Shown piece by piece: positions 35,497 through 45,690 of a DNA stretch of 64,000 nt; position 1 is the first letter of the stretch, and the number at the start of each line of letters is the position of its first letter. This stretch comes from an uncultured bacterium. Lineage in GTDB: Bacteria > Verrucomicrobiota > Kiritimatiellia > CAIKKV01 > CAITUY01. The translations under genes and the position numbers were made by a program. The stretch spans positions 879 through 64,878 of the forward strand of contig CAITUY010000042.1 in NCBI GenBank assembly GCA_903895695.1, read 5' to 3'. The notes beneath the pieces were generated by a model that saw only the letters and a list, made by a program, of their open reading frames with translations, was not told where the DNA came from and did not search any database.

Positions 35497-38400
35497 TCAA
35501 ACAGTCTTGCTTTCGATTCCGCCGCCCCAGCGTGCCAGAACCCTTTTGAGATCGTCCAGGCGGATGGGCTTGGCCACGTAATCATCCATCCCGGCCGACA
35601 GGCACTTTTCGCGGTCCCCTTCCAAGGCATGCGCTGTCATGGCGACAATGGGAAGCCGGCCACCCGCCGCCGTCTCGCTCGCGCGGATGCGCCGCGTGGC
35701 TTCATAGCCGTCCATGTCGGGCATCTGGCAATCCATGAAGACCATGGCATACGACATCCGCTTTACGGCTTCCAGAGCTTCGAGGCCGTTGGCGGCCGCG
35801 TCGACGCACCCATAGCCCAGCTTGGCGAGCTGTCGCAGCGCCACCTTCTGGTTCACGGGGTTGTCTTCCACGAGAAGCAGACGCGCCGGGTTGGACGCCA
35901 AGACGGCCTGATCGCCGTCCGCCCGGGGCACTTCGTGGGCCGGCGCGGCTTTCGACGGGGGCTCGAGCGCTGTCGCCAACGCATCCCACAGCAGGGACTG
36001 TTTCACGGGCTTGTTCAGGACCTGGACGCCCCGGATCCCGCGAATACGCTCGGTTTCCGCCGACGGTCCCCAGGACGTCATCACGATCAGGCGCAAGGAT
36101 TCCAGGGCGGGGTCGGCCCTGATGGCTTGGGCGAGCTGGGCGCCGTCCATGTCGGGCATCATCATGTCCAGCAGGAGCAAATCGTAGGGATGGCCGTCGG
36201 CAGCGGCCTGGCGCAACGCATCCAGCGCGGCCTGCCCGCGGCCGAACTGATCCGGTTTCAGCCCCCACGACTCCAGTTGGCGATCGAGAATCAAGAGGTT
36301 TGTCTCGTTGTCGTCCAGCAGCAACACGCGCAAACCCTGCAGGGCGACAGGTCGCACCGGGCTCCGGGGTTGCGGTTCCTCCGTGGTCTGCACCGGAATC
36401 ACAAACCAGAAGACTGAGCCCCGTTCCGGCTGGCTTTCCACGCCCATGCTCCCGCCCATCAGCGACACGAGACGCCTGCAGATGGCCAGGCCCAGTCCGG
36501 TGCCGCCGTAGCGCCGGGCCGCCGAATTGTCGACCTGCGTGAACGGCTGAAAGAGTCGGGCCTGGTCTTCCGGCGCGATGCCGATACCCGTGTCCCGCAC
36601 CTCGAAGCGCAGCCAGGCGGTGGCGTCCTCCCGGCGATCGAGCGCCACCTTCACGACCACCTCTCCACTCTCGGTAAACTTGATGGCGTTGGTGATCAGG
36701 TTGATCAGGATCTGGCGGATACGGCCGGCATCGCCGCGCAGCCCGGCCGGGACCTCGGGCGCGATGCTCGACATCGTCTCCAGCCGTTTGGCCGCCGCCC
36801 GTTGCGCCAGCAGGTCGAGAGCGCTTTCCACGGTGCCGACCAGATCGAACGCCTCCGACTCGATCGTCATCTTCCCCGCCTCGATCTTGGAAAAGTCCAG
36901 GATGTCGTTGATCAGCGTCAATAGGGCTTCGCCGCTGCCGCTGATCGTCTCGACGTAGTCGCGCTGTTCGTCCGTCAGTTGAGTCTGCAGCAGCAATCCG
37001 GTCAGGCCGATAACGGCGTTCATGGGCGTTCGGATCTCGTGGCTCATGTTGGCCAGAAAGTCGCTCTTGGCCTGATTGGCGGCCTCGGCCGCCACGGCCA
37101 GGCGGTTGGCGCGCTCGATGGCCTGCTGCAGCTCGGCATGGGATTCTTCCAGGCTGGCGCTGGATTTCTCGAGATCTTCCAGCATGCGGCGGTTGAGATG
37201 CAGACCCGCAAACAGAGCCAGCACGAGCAAGGTCAGGACGAAGGAAAGGCCCAGTCCCGCGAGCCGGTGACGCGCGATAGCGCCTTGGATTAGCCGGTGA
37301 TCCACGTCCATGCCCAGGACCGCCTCGACGCGCCCCCCCGCTGGATCCTTGAGCGGCGCAAAGCCGCTCATCCAGACACCCCACCGGTCCTTCAGCGGAT
37401 CCTCGGCAAATGACGCGCCCGAATCGAGCAAGGCACCCAGCCGCGGGACGGCCTCGTCGTACACCTGCCCCGGCGGCGACCGATCAGGCGAGTCGGCCGG
37501 CTCAGAGTCGGCAAGAAAGACGACCTTGCCCGCGCGACGCACCATGACGTAGACGAAACGCACGTCGAGACTCGTCAGGCGGATCCGCTGGAGGCGCTCG
37601 CACAGGCGACGATAGCTCGGGCTGCTTTCATCCGCCGCCGCCCCTTTCAACTCGGTCAGCCAGGTCTGGTCGATCGCGGCCGCGGCCGTTTCCACGCGCG
37701 ACAGTAGCATCTGGCTCTGTGTGCGGTGGCCATAGGCGCCAACGAGGTTCGTCAATTTCAGGCAGGCTAACAAGGTGAGCCCGACGGCCAACAGCCCCCA
37801 CAACATGAGGTTGCCGCTGCGCGCGCCTGACGGACGCAGGGCGGCGGTCGCGTGATCGTCGTTCAGGACGACGACGAGCATGACCAGGAAACCGGCGGCC
37901 AAGAGCGGCTGGAACAGCGCCGAAATGGTATCCAGGACGATGCGCGGCGGCCAGGTGGCAGTCGGCACGGCGCTCGCGATGGTAGGCACAGACCATGCCA
38001 CACTGCAAAGGGCCAGCAATGACGCCGCCGCGTACAAACGCCATCGCCCGACGGCCGGCGATTGGCCGGCAACCCAATACAGGCGGACCGCGCCCCACAG
38101 GCCCGCCACCAACTGCAGCGCGCCCAGCGAGATGCGGTCGGCGCCGGGGTACTTCTGGAGCACCCCCACAACGACGGCCGCGCCCTGGGGAATCAGGACG
38201 CCGGCGACGAACCGGCCGCGCGGATGGGCTTCGCCATGGCAGGCAAACTGGAGCAGCCCGAGAAAGGCGAGGAGTTGGGCGATCACCGCCATCGTCAGAA
38301 GGTGGGGCTCGTCGGCCAACACCGACGCCGTAAGCTCCAAGCCGCGGCTGACGCCCAGGAGCCCTCCGAATACCACCAGCCACCACCACCCCAAGCCGAA

Positions 38401-38520
38401 GCGACGGCGACCGAGGGTTGCACACGCCACGCTCAACGTGATGAGAATCATCCCGTTGGCGAAAAGCAGCCAGTCAGCCTGAGCAGCCAGAAAGGTTGTC
38501 ATCACGCCTGCTTCTATCAC
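35497..38520 (-). CDS. Hybrid sensor histidine kinase with two C-terminal receiver domains and a large N-terminal multi-TM sensor region.
   Basis: At least 7 N-terminal TM helices plus an extracytoplasmic segment. HisKA H-box [20 protein letters not shown], HATPase_c ([24 protein letters not shown]). REC1 [14 protein letters not shown]...[17 protein letters not shown]2 [14 protein letters not shown]...[20 protein letters not shown]. Confidence 0.85.
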   Translation of the reverse strand: MIEAGVMTTFLAAQADWLLFANGMILITLSVACATLGRRRFGLGWWWLVVFGGLLGVSRGLELTASVLADEPHLLTMAVIAQLLAFLGLLQFACHGEAHPRGRFVAGVLIPQGAAVVVGVLQKYPGADRISLGALQLVAGLWGAVRLYWVAGQSPAVGRWRLYAAASLLALCSVAWSVPTIASAVPTATWPPRIVLDTISALFQPLLAAGFLVMLVVVLNDDHATAALRPSGARSGNLMLWGLLAVGLTLLACLKLTNLVGAYGHRTQSQMLLSRVETAAAAIDQTWLTELKGAAADESSPSYRRLCERLQRIRLTSLDVRFVYVMVRRAGKVVFLADSEPADSPDRSPPGQVYDEAVPRLGALLDSGASFAEDPLKDRWGVWMSGFAPLKDPAGGRVEAVLGMDVDHRLIQGAIARHRLAGLGLSFVLTLLVLALFAGLHLNRRMLEDLEKSSASLEESHAELQQAIERANRLAVAAEAANQAKSDFLANMSHEIRTPMNAVIGLTGLLLQTQLTDEQRDYVETISGSGEALLTLINDILDFSKIEAGKMTIESEAFDLVGTVESALDLLAQRAAAKRLETMSSIAPEVPAGLRGDAGRIRQILINLITNAIKFTESGEVVVKVALDRREDATAWLRFEVRDTGIGIAPEDQARLFQPFTQVDNSAARRYGGTGLGLAICRRLVSLMGGSMGVESQPERGSVFWFVIPVQTTEEPQPRSPVRPVALQGLRVLLLDDNETNLLILDRQLESWGLKPDQFGRGQAALDALRQAAADGHPYDLLLLDMMMPDMDGAQLAQAIRADPALESLRLIVMTSWGPSAETERIRGIRGVQVLNKPVKQSLLWDALATALEPPSKAAPAHEVPRADGDQAVLASNPARLLLVEDNPVNQKVALRQLAKLGYGCVDAAANGLEALEAVKRMSYAMVFMDCQMPDMDGYEATRRIRASETAAGGRLPIVAMTAHALEGDREKCLSAGMDDYVAKPIRLDDLKRVLARWGGGIESKTV

Positions 38521-38570
38521 GCGCCGCCGCGCCGATCAAGCCGCAGGGCTGATGACGGGGGCCCCGGGTG

Positions 38571-41500
38571 TCAAGGCGTCAAGGGAGTCGTGACGACTCG
38601 CACGCGATAATCGCGGGTTGCGACGCCGCCCGGAACGGTGTCAGACACCTGTGCCGCCGTATTGGTGGCCGTCACCGGCGCGCCAACAGCGTCCCAGACC
38701 GATTGCGTCATCCCGCCCGCGCATTCGACCTGATAGGTCACTCCGGGCTGAGCCGTCCAGGTCACGGCCATGCCCCCTGCTCCATCCGGTTGGAGCGCGA
38801 TCGCGCGCAGGACGGAAGCCGGGGCATTCGGGTCGGTGCCGGACAGGTACTCGACCAGATCCGACATGCCATCGCCATCGCTGTCCGCCGTGCCGTCGTG
38901 AATCGTGCTTCCGAAGTAGTAACGTTCCCACTGGTCCGGCATCCCATCGTGATCAGCATCGGTAGTTAGGACGACGTCACAGGACGCCACGTTATTGCCC
39001 TTGTCGCTTTCCAGAATGAGGTTGTCAGGATCCACAACCGCGTCCAGCCGCGTCGGCATGTTTGTGAAGATCGTCCCATCCCATGTGGTTTGAGTGATTT
39101 CGGCGTCCATGCCCGGCAAGATGCCGCCGATGGTGGTCCGCGCGAATTCAACGCCATCGGCCCGGAAGACTATCGCGATATTCGTCGCCAGGATGGCCCC
39201 GTTATTGCGAACTCGTGTTGTGATGTCGACTTGTCCATTACCGCGCTCATCCACCCACACTTGCTTAGTCTGGAGATCGGGCAGGAGAAATGAAAGTGTG
39301 GCGGCATTGTTGGCCAGGTCGCTTTCGGTCACCCCGCTGCCAGCGTCCGCAACGGCCGTCAACTGGAAGACGCTGATATCAGAGGGAATACTCCAATCCA
39401 GCGCGGCCGTGGCCGTATCTCCGGCCTGCAGAAGGGGCTTATCCACAGAGCCCGTGCCGATCAACGTTCCTCCGTTGGCCGGGTCTCCCAGATAGAACGA
39501 CACTTGCGCGCCGGCCACGGGCAGGTCGCCGGCATTGCCAACCTGACAGGCCAGGGTCACAGCTTGCCCGGGCACCGGGTTGGAGGGCGACAATGCCAAC
39601 GCATTGGTCGCCAGAGCAAGGTCGGTCCGTAGCGTGTAGGTCGTGTGATATAGGTCCGTAAGGTCCTGCGCGACATCCTTCTTGATGTAGGCCATATGCA
39701 GCGTGCCGCCGGTGTCGAACGCACTGACCGCAGCTTTCTCTACGAGGGAGTCGTGCGTCAGGCGCAGAGGCAAGCTCCAGGCATCATGCGCCGGATCGTA
39801 AACCCGGTAAAACAAGTCCGGGCCCTGAGTATCCGCATCCTGCCAGCTCAATAGCAACCGCCCCTGCGGATCGCTGACGAGTTGGAAATCCGAGAAGGTG
39901 AACGACCCGCCGCCGGGCGCGACAATTCCCGCCGTGCCGCTGAGCCCGCTGCTCAACCGCATGAGGTTCGTGCCCTGCAACCAAAGCAGGTCCGGCATGC
40001 CCGCCGCGCGGTAGACCACCCGCGGACACACATCAGCCACACCGTTGCTGGTCAGTTGCACAGCCGCGCTCCAGTTGGTGCCGTCGTAATGCTGCGTAAA
40101 AAGTTCCACGTCGTCCGGGGTCGCCAGATCGCCATCCCCATCCTGCGCATACACCAGGGTCGCCTCCGTGCCATCGTAGGCCAGGCTTATGTCCCAGACA
40201 TTGGTCAGCGCATTCGACAGCGTGCCGACCGGGCCAAAGGCGCCGGTCGCCGCATCCCACTTTGCATAATGGAGCCAGGTGGGCGAGTTCGTCGTCCCGA
40301 TGATTTCACTGCCGGGGTTGCTTTGCCAGGCCAGCAGAATGTTGCCGTTCAAGCCCCGACACAGCATCGGCGCCTGGTCCAGACAGTCGTTGTCGGTCAG
40401 GGCCTGGGGTGCCGTCCAGGTGCCTGTGACGGGGTCAAAAGCGGCACACACAATCTCGAGGCGCGGCAGCATATCCTCAAGGTTGGTGCTGGTGAAGGCG
40501 TCGTCCTTCACGCGTTCCCAGGCGCAGATCACGCGGTTGCTGGCATCAAAGGCGATCGACGGCGAGTACTCCGCCTTGGTATTGGCCTCCACATACACAG
40601 GAGGGGAGTAGTTAGTGCCGTCAAACCAGACCAAACCAATATCCGTATCCTGGAGCGATGCGTTGGTCGGATTGGAATAGACAAAGGCGATGGCGGCTTT
40701 GCCGTCCTGCACGGCCAAACTGGGTTGCGCGTACGGGTAGACGTTCTGGATCAAGCGATTCTCGGCCGCCGCGGCTGACAGGGCCATACTTCTCGCGCCC
40801 GAGCGTTGCGCCGCGAATCGGCTGTATGTGCCCCTGGCGAGAAAATCGCGGGATATAGGCGCAAAACCATGCACCTCGGCAGCACTCGCGCTCATGTTCC
40901 CCTGCGACTCCGCAGATAGCAGCGACAGACCCGTTGCCGAGCCAGCGGCAGTCGGGTAGGCAAACGTAACCTTGCTCTCAAACTCCCGCTTAAAGCTCTT
41001 CACTGCCACGCCGACCTTGACCGACAACTCGCTTTCGGCCTTATCCAGATGCAGATCGAAGCCAGATTTGCTCGCCCAGATGATTTTCGCGCTTCCTGAA
41101 CCAGTCAATTCCGACTCGATTCCGTGGATGATGTTGGCGGACAGCGTAATACCGACACCCACCTGGATCTCCGGCTGAAAGCTGCTAACCCAGGGAAAGT
41201 CATTGGTGCTGTCAACCACGAAGGTCGACCCGCCGCCGACCGTCGTAAAGGTCTTCACACGCGCAGCGCCGGTCCACAGAACGATCACGCGCCCCACCAC
41301 CGGCAACTGCGCCGCCGCGGCGATCGCCGGCACCAGGTCGACAATGCCCAGTTCTCGTTCCACCCGACCCTCAATCGTCAGATTGACTTCCTTGGCCGAC
41401 CAGACCAGACCAGATCCCGGCTTGTAGGCGATCTTGCCCGTTCCCTTGAACTTGCCGAGAACCGACTTGTCGGCCGCAACGATACCGCTCTGCCCACCCA

Positions 41501-43457
41501 GGAAGACACTGCCCGTATTGTCGGTCTTGTACTCCGCCCCCATGGACAGCTGGGTTTGCAGCAGCGCATAATCACCACCAATAATGGGGATCGTTTTCCA
41601 GGTATTCCAGATCCAATCGGGCATCATGCTCTTCAGCGAAACCGACCAGGGCGGTTCAGGGAACGCACCCGACACCGAGTACGCGGCATCAAACTCAAGC
41701 CCGGGAATAAGCGTGAACGTTGGGGCCAAAAACCGCAGCCAAGCGGGCCTGGGCGCGACGGTCGGCCTGATCGGCCAGGGCGACGATAGCCCTCCCTGGC
41801 TGTTCTGAGCGACGATCGTCAAAAGGTTAAACCCCGGATCGACGCTGGGGATGAAGTCCTTACCCATGTCGACAGCAAAATCCCCGCCGCTGGCGAGTGC
41901 AGTCACCGACGAAATCTGGCCGTTCCGATTCACCACAAGGCTCCCCGGCTGAGAACCGTTCCAATCCACCGCCACCGTGTAGACATTCCGAAGTGGGACG
42001 CCATCCACAAAGAAATGCCCGTAAGGCGATCTCACGCTCGTAATGACGGGCACATTCGACGTTATGGCCGCCAGGGACTGAAGGGAAAAATTCACGGTGG
42101 CGAACAGACTGGAGTACAAATCGGCCTGCTTCACGGCATGTGAATAACCATCCAGAGTCACCGCCACGTCCACGGGTGCCGAGAAATCAGAGGAAGCAAT
42201 CTCGGCCCGGTAGTACCCATTTCCGTCCGCGGTAACAACCACGCCGTCCGCGGTTACGGTGGCGCCGGGCAGCGGGTATCCGGTGCCCTTCTCGCTGACC
42301 GAGCCGCACACCAGTCGGGTACCCCCCGTGGGTTTGGGATAGGCGGCCGGCTCCGGATAGTTAAGGTCAGGGCCGAGGTCCTGATGCGACCACGATACCC
42401 GCCCATCGCGAAGGTACCTCACCGAGTAGGTCCACAGCCCATACACGCATCCGTTGTCCTCGGGACCGGCCGAATAGCAAATCTGGGCGCCATCCCACTC
42501 GTTCGAGACGTCGACCCACGCCTGCACGACACCCTGAACCCGACCATTCACATAGGGCACGATGCTTAGGGGTTGCCCCTGGGCATCCCAACTTGTCGCC
42601 ACTCCGTTCAGCCGGCCTTGGTCGTCATAAAAGGCAATGCTGCCCAACTGCCCGCTCGGATACCAAGTCATGGCCGCGCCCTTCAGATTGCCGCTCTTGT
42701 ACGTCACCTTCGACCTCATCGCGCCGCTCGCGTACCATTGCTGATCCAGGCCGTCTCGAAGACCATCCACGTAGTTAATCTCTTCCGACAGGGCGCCCGA
42801 GTCATAGTAGGTGCGCCAGGCGCCATCGGGAAGGCCGTTCTTGTAGGTTTCGCACGAACTCATGATCCCGTTCGTGTAGTAAGTGACCGCCGTGAGCAAG
42901 ATATTGCCGTCGGCCCACTCAGTGTGATTCTTGGAGAGCAACGGCCCGGACAAGTAATAGCCGTAATCCGTTTCCCAGATCAGCAGGTTCATCGCGTATT
43001 GCTTTTCGTTTTCCAGATGACCCGAACCGTCCCACATCGACCACAACCCGTTGGTGACTCCCGCCAGATAGCTCTGTTGGCTGACGAGGGTTCCGTCACT
43101 GGTCCAATACGACCACTGGCCGTCGTACAGGTCATTGGTGAAGTTACCTTGGGACGACTTGGTGCCGTTTGGCCACCAGCTCAGCCACAGCCCCTGCCGG
43201 TGGTTGTTGCCAAACTGCCCCCCTACCTGTCGGGTTCCATCCTCGTAGAAAGCCGAATAAGGTCCCTGCTGAATGAAGTTGTCATTCGTGTCGATATAGT
43301 ACCAGAGGTCGTAGTGGATGACCCCGTTGCCGTAGTACCCGACGTATTCCTGAAGAGTCTGCGACTTCGCTGTGTCGCCGCCGCGGCCGAGCCACAAGAC
43401 GGCAGCCAGCATCAGGACGCTGGGGTCGAGCGCGAGACGCAGACGTGAACGGTTCAT
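38571..43457 (-). CDS. Giant (1628 aa) secreted multi-domain repeat protein: signal peptide, N-terminal YwqK/MORN-like repeats, beta-rich (propeller/Ig-like) regions, C-terminal Asp-rich calcium-binding-like repeats.
   Basis: Signal peptide MNRSRLRLALDPSVLMLAAVLWLG. Repeated G-x-W-x-x-W/Y-x-N-G motifs (GLWLSWWPNGTKSSQGNF, GQWSYWTSDGTLVSQQSY, GLWSMWDGSGHLENEKQY). Thrombospondin-type-3-like DADHDGMPDQWE...DSDGDGMSDLVEY near the C-terminus. Confidence 0.7.
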   Translation of the reverse strand: MNRSRLRLALDPSVLMLAAVLWLGRGGDTAKSQTLQEYVGYYGNGVIHYDLWYYIDTNDNFIQQGPYSAFYEDGTRQVGGQFGNNHRQGLWLSWWPNGTKSSQGNFTNDLYDGQWSYWTSDGTLVSQQSYLAGVTNGLWSMWDGSGHLENEKQYAMNLLIWETDYGYYLSGPLLSKNHTEWADGNILLTAVTYYTNGIMSSCETYKNGLPDGAWRTYYDSGALSEEINYVDGLRDGLDQQWYASGAMRSKVTYKSGNLKGAAMTWYPSGQLGSIAFYDDQGRLNGVATSWDAQGQPLSIVPYVNGRVQGVVQAWVDVSNEWDGAQICYSAGPEDNGCVYGLWTYSVRYLRDGRVSWSHQDLGPDLNYPEPAAYPKPTGGTRLVCGSVSEKGTGYPLPGATVTADGVVVTADGNGYYRAEIASSDFSAPVDVAVTLDGYSHAVKQADLYSSLFATVNFSLQSLAAITSNVPVITSVRSPYGHFFVDGVPLRNVYTVAVDWNGSQPGSLVVNRNGQISSVTALASGGDFAVDMGKDFIPSVDPGFNLLTIVAQNSQGGLSSPWPIRPTVAPRPAWLRFLAPTFTLIPGLEFDAAYSVSGAFPEPPWSVSLKSMMPDWIWNTWKTIPIIGGDYALLQTQLSMGAEYKTDNTGSVFLGGQSGIVAADKSVLGKFKGTGKIAYKPGSGLVWSAKEVNLTIEGRVERELGIVDLVPAIAAAAQLPVVGRVIVLWTGAARVKTFTTVGGGSTFVVDSTNDFPWVSSFQPEIQVGVGITLSANIIHGIESELTGSGSAKIIWASKSGFDLHLDKAESELSVKVGVAVKSFKREFESKVTFAYPTAAGSATGLSLLSAESQGNMSASAAEVHGFAPISRDFLARGTYSRFAAQRSGARSMALSAAAAENRLIQNVYPYAQPSLAVQDGKAAIAFVYSNPTNASLQDTDIGLVWFDGTNYSPPVYVEANTKAEYSPSIAFDASNRVICAWERVKDDAFTSTNLEDMLPRLEIVCAAFDPVTGTWTAPQALTDNDCLDQAPMLCRGLNGNILLAWQSNPGSEIIGTTNSPTWLHYAKWDAATGAFGPVGTLSNALTNVWDISLAYDGTEATLVYAQDGDGDLATPDDVELFTQHYDGTNWSAAVQLTSNGVADVCPRVVYRAAGMPDLLWLQGTNLMRLSSGLSGTAGIVAPGGGSFTFSDFQLVSDPQGRLLLSWQDADTQGPDLFYRVYDPAHDAWSLPLRLTHDSLVEKAAVSAFDTGGTLHMAYIKKDVAQDLTDLYHTTYTLRTDLALATNALALSPSNPVPGQAVTLACQVGNAGDLPVAGAQVSFYLGDPANGGTLIGTGSVDKPLLQAGDTATAALDWSIPSDISVFQLTAVADAGSGVTESDLANNAATLSFLLPDLQTKQVWVDERGNGQVDITTRVRNNGAILATNIAIVFRADGVEFARTTIGGILPGMDAEITQTTWDGTIFTNMPTRLDAVVDPDNLILESDKGNNVASCDVVLTTDADHDGMPDQWERYYFGSTIHDGTADSDGDGMSDLVEYLSGTDPNAPASVLRAIALQPDGAGGMAVTWTAQPGVTYQVECAGGMTQSVWDAVGAPVTATNTAAQVSDTVPGGVATRDYRVRVVTTPLTP

Positions 43458-43675
43458 GGACGGCCACTCCTTCTATCCGCGTGCAGGCTTACTCCATCAC
43501 GCATCATGCCGAAGTGTGCCTCTTCTAGCATCGGGCCCCTGACAATTCAAGTTCGAAGCAGGCAGCGTGCACCGCACGGCCAGACACGCCACCAGAAGCC
43601 GCTTGCGCCCAGACAAAGGGCGGCATAACCTACGCCCCCAATACATCGCAATCGACGAGAAAGAGATAACTCCAT

Positions 43676-45685
43676 ATGTCAAAGAAAATGGTTCGGTGGG
43701 GCTTATTGGCGGCGGGTGGGATTGCCGGGGCTTTTGCCCACGGGCTCAAGCAGACAAGCTCGGGCAAGGCCATGGCGGTGGCCAGTCGATCGCTCGACAA
43801 GGCGCGGGAGTTCGCGAAAAAGAACGGCATTCCCAAAGCCTACGGCAGTTATGAGGCGCTTCTGGCCGACCCCGGGATCGATGCCGTGTATGTCTCCACG
43901 CCCCACCCGATGCACGCCGAATGGGTCATCAAGGCGGCAGAGGCCGGGAAACACATCCTGTGCGAAAAGCCGCTGGCGATGAACCAGTTCGACGTGCAGA
44001 CCATGATTGAAGCGGCCCGCCGCAACGACGTGTTCCTGATGGAAGCCTTCATGTTCCGCTGCAATCCGCAAACGAAGCGGATCGTGGACCTGATCCGCGA
44101 AGGCGCCATTGGCCAGGTGCGCATGATCCGGACGACGTTCAGCTTTCAGTGCGGATACGGCAATCTCGGCGGCCGGCTGATGAACCCGGCCCTGGGCGGC
44201 GGCGGCATCCTGGACGTGGGATGCTACGCGGTTTCGTTCGCCCGCCTGGTGGCGGGTGCCGCCCTGGGACGGGACATCGCCGAGCCGCTGTCCGTCCAGG
44301 GCGCGGCGCACTTGGGCCAGACCGGCGTGGACGAGTGGGCTTCCGCCTTGCTGAAGTTCGAAGGCGATATCATTGCCCAGTGCTCGACCGGCGTGCAACT
44401 CAACCAGGACGGCAACGTCATCTACGGCAGCGAAGGCGCGATCACCATCCCCTCGCCCTGGTTCTGCCAGGGTCGCGAGGCCGGGCAGACGCGTTTCACG
44501 CTCGCGCGGCAGGGCAAAGACGCGCAGGAAATCGTCGTGGACGTTCCCAAGGGCATCTACACCCTGGAGGCGGACGTTGTGGCGGCCAATATTCCCAAGC
44601 GCCAGGCGCCCTCGCCGGCGATGAGCTGGGCGGACTCCCTCGGCCAGGCCGCCACGCTCGATGCCTGGCGCGCCGCCATCGGCCTAACATACCCCTGCGA
44701 GACCGCTGAGGCCTACGCTCTGCCCGTGGACCGGCGCCCGCTCGCGGTGCGCAAACCCAACCGCATGCGGTACGATGAAGTGCCCGGCGTCGGTAAGAAG
44801 ATCTCGCGCCTGGTCATGGGCACCATGGTGCAGCGCAATCCGGCCCACGCCACGGCGCTCTTCGACGAATTCTTTGCCCGCGGGGGCAACTGCTTCGACA
44901 CGGCCTACATCTACGGCGGCGGCAGCACCGAGCGCCTGCTGGGACAGTGGATCAAAGCCCGCAACCTGCGCGAGGCCGTGGTCATCGCCGCGAAGGGCGC
45001 CCACCCGCCGCACTGCACGCCCGAGGCAATCCGCCGCCAGCTTTCCGAGACCCTGGAGCGGCTCCAGACAGACTACGTGGATCTGTATTTCATGCACCGC
45101 GACAACCTGGATATCCCGGTCGGGGAGTTCGTGGACGTGCTGAACGAATTTAAGGCCGAGGGTAAGCTGCGGGCATTCGGCGGATCGAACTGGACCTTGC
45201 AGCGCTTCGACGAGGCGAACACGTACGCCCGGAAGCATCGTAAGACGCCTTTCGCGGCGCTGAGCAACAACTTCAGCCTGGCCCGGATGGTTAACCCGCT
45301 CTGGCAGGGCTGCATTGCGGTATCGGACCCCGCCAGCATCAAGTGGCACGTCAAGAAACAGGTGCCGAACTTCGCCTGGTCAAGCCAGGCGCGCGGCTTC
45401 TTCGTCCCGGAGCTCTCCGCGCCGGACAAGCGCGGCGACAGTCTCCTCGTGAACTCGTGGTACAGCGACGATAACTTCGAACGCCAGCAGCGTTGTTTTG
45501 CGCTTGCGAAAAAGCGGAGCGTCCACCCGATAACCATCGCGCTCGCCTATGTGCTGGCGCAGCCCTTCCCGATGTGGGCACTGATCGGCCCGGCCACCGT
45601 TGCCGAAGGCCTGGCGTCTTACGCGGCCCTCGATGTCAAGCTGACGCCGCGTGAAGTCGCGTGGTTGAACCTGGAACGGGAGTAA
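43676..45685 (+). CDS. Fusion oxidoreductase: N-terminal Gfo/Idh/MocA-family NAD(P)-dependent dehydrogenase plus C-terminal aldo/keto reductase (AKR) domain.
   Basis: N-terminus: MVRWGLLAAGGIAGAFAHG (Rossmann GxxGxxG), EKPLAMN (Gfo/Idh/MocA catalytic region). C-terminus: GTMVQ...LFDEFFARGGNCFDTAYIYGGGSTERLLG...AAKGAH matches the AKR catalytic D-Y-K pattern. 669 aa. Confidence 0.75.
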   Translation: MSKKMVRWGLLAAGGIAGAFAHGLKQTSSGKAMAVASRSLDKAREFAKKNGIPKAYGSYEALLADPGIDAVYVSTPHPMHAEWVIKAAEAGKHILCEKPLAMNQFDVQTMIEAARRNDVFLMEAFMFRCNPQTKRIVDLIREGAIGQVRMIRTTFSFQCGYGNLGGRLMNPALGGGGILDVGCYAVSFARLVAGAALGRDIAEPLSVQGAAHLGQTGVDEWASALLKFEGDIIAQCSTGVQLNQDGNVIYGSEGAITIPSPWFCQGREAGQTRFTLARQGKDAQEIVVDVPKGIYTLEADVVAANIPKRQAPSPAMSWADSLGQAATLDAWRAAIGLTYPCETAEAYALPVDRRPLAVRKPNRMRYDEVPGVGKKISRLVMGTMVQRNPAHATALFDEFFARGGNCFDTAYIYGGGSTERLLGQWIKARNLREAVVIAAKGAHPPHCTPEAIRRQLSETLERLQTDYVDLYFMHRDNLDIPVGEFVDVLNEFKAEGKLRAFGGSNWTLQRFDEANTYARKHRKTPFAALSNNFSLARMVNPLWQGCIAVSDPASIKWHVKKQVPNFAWSSQARGFFVPELSAPDKRGDSLLVNSWYSDDNFERQQRCFALAKKRSVHPITIALAYVLAQPFPMWALIGPATVAEGLASYAALDVKLTPREVAWLNLERE

Positions 45686-45690
45686 CCCTT

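Noticed and set aside
35702-37384. 560-aa minus-strand alternative-frame ORF inside the hybrid histidine kinase gene.
   Set aside because: R/G/P-rich. The HK frame carries H-box, HATPase and REC motifs continuously.
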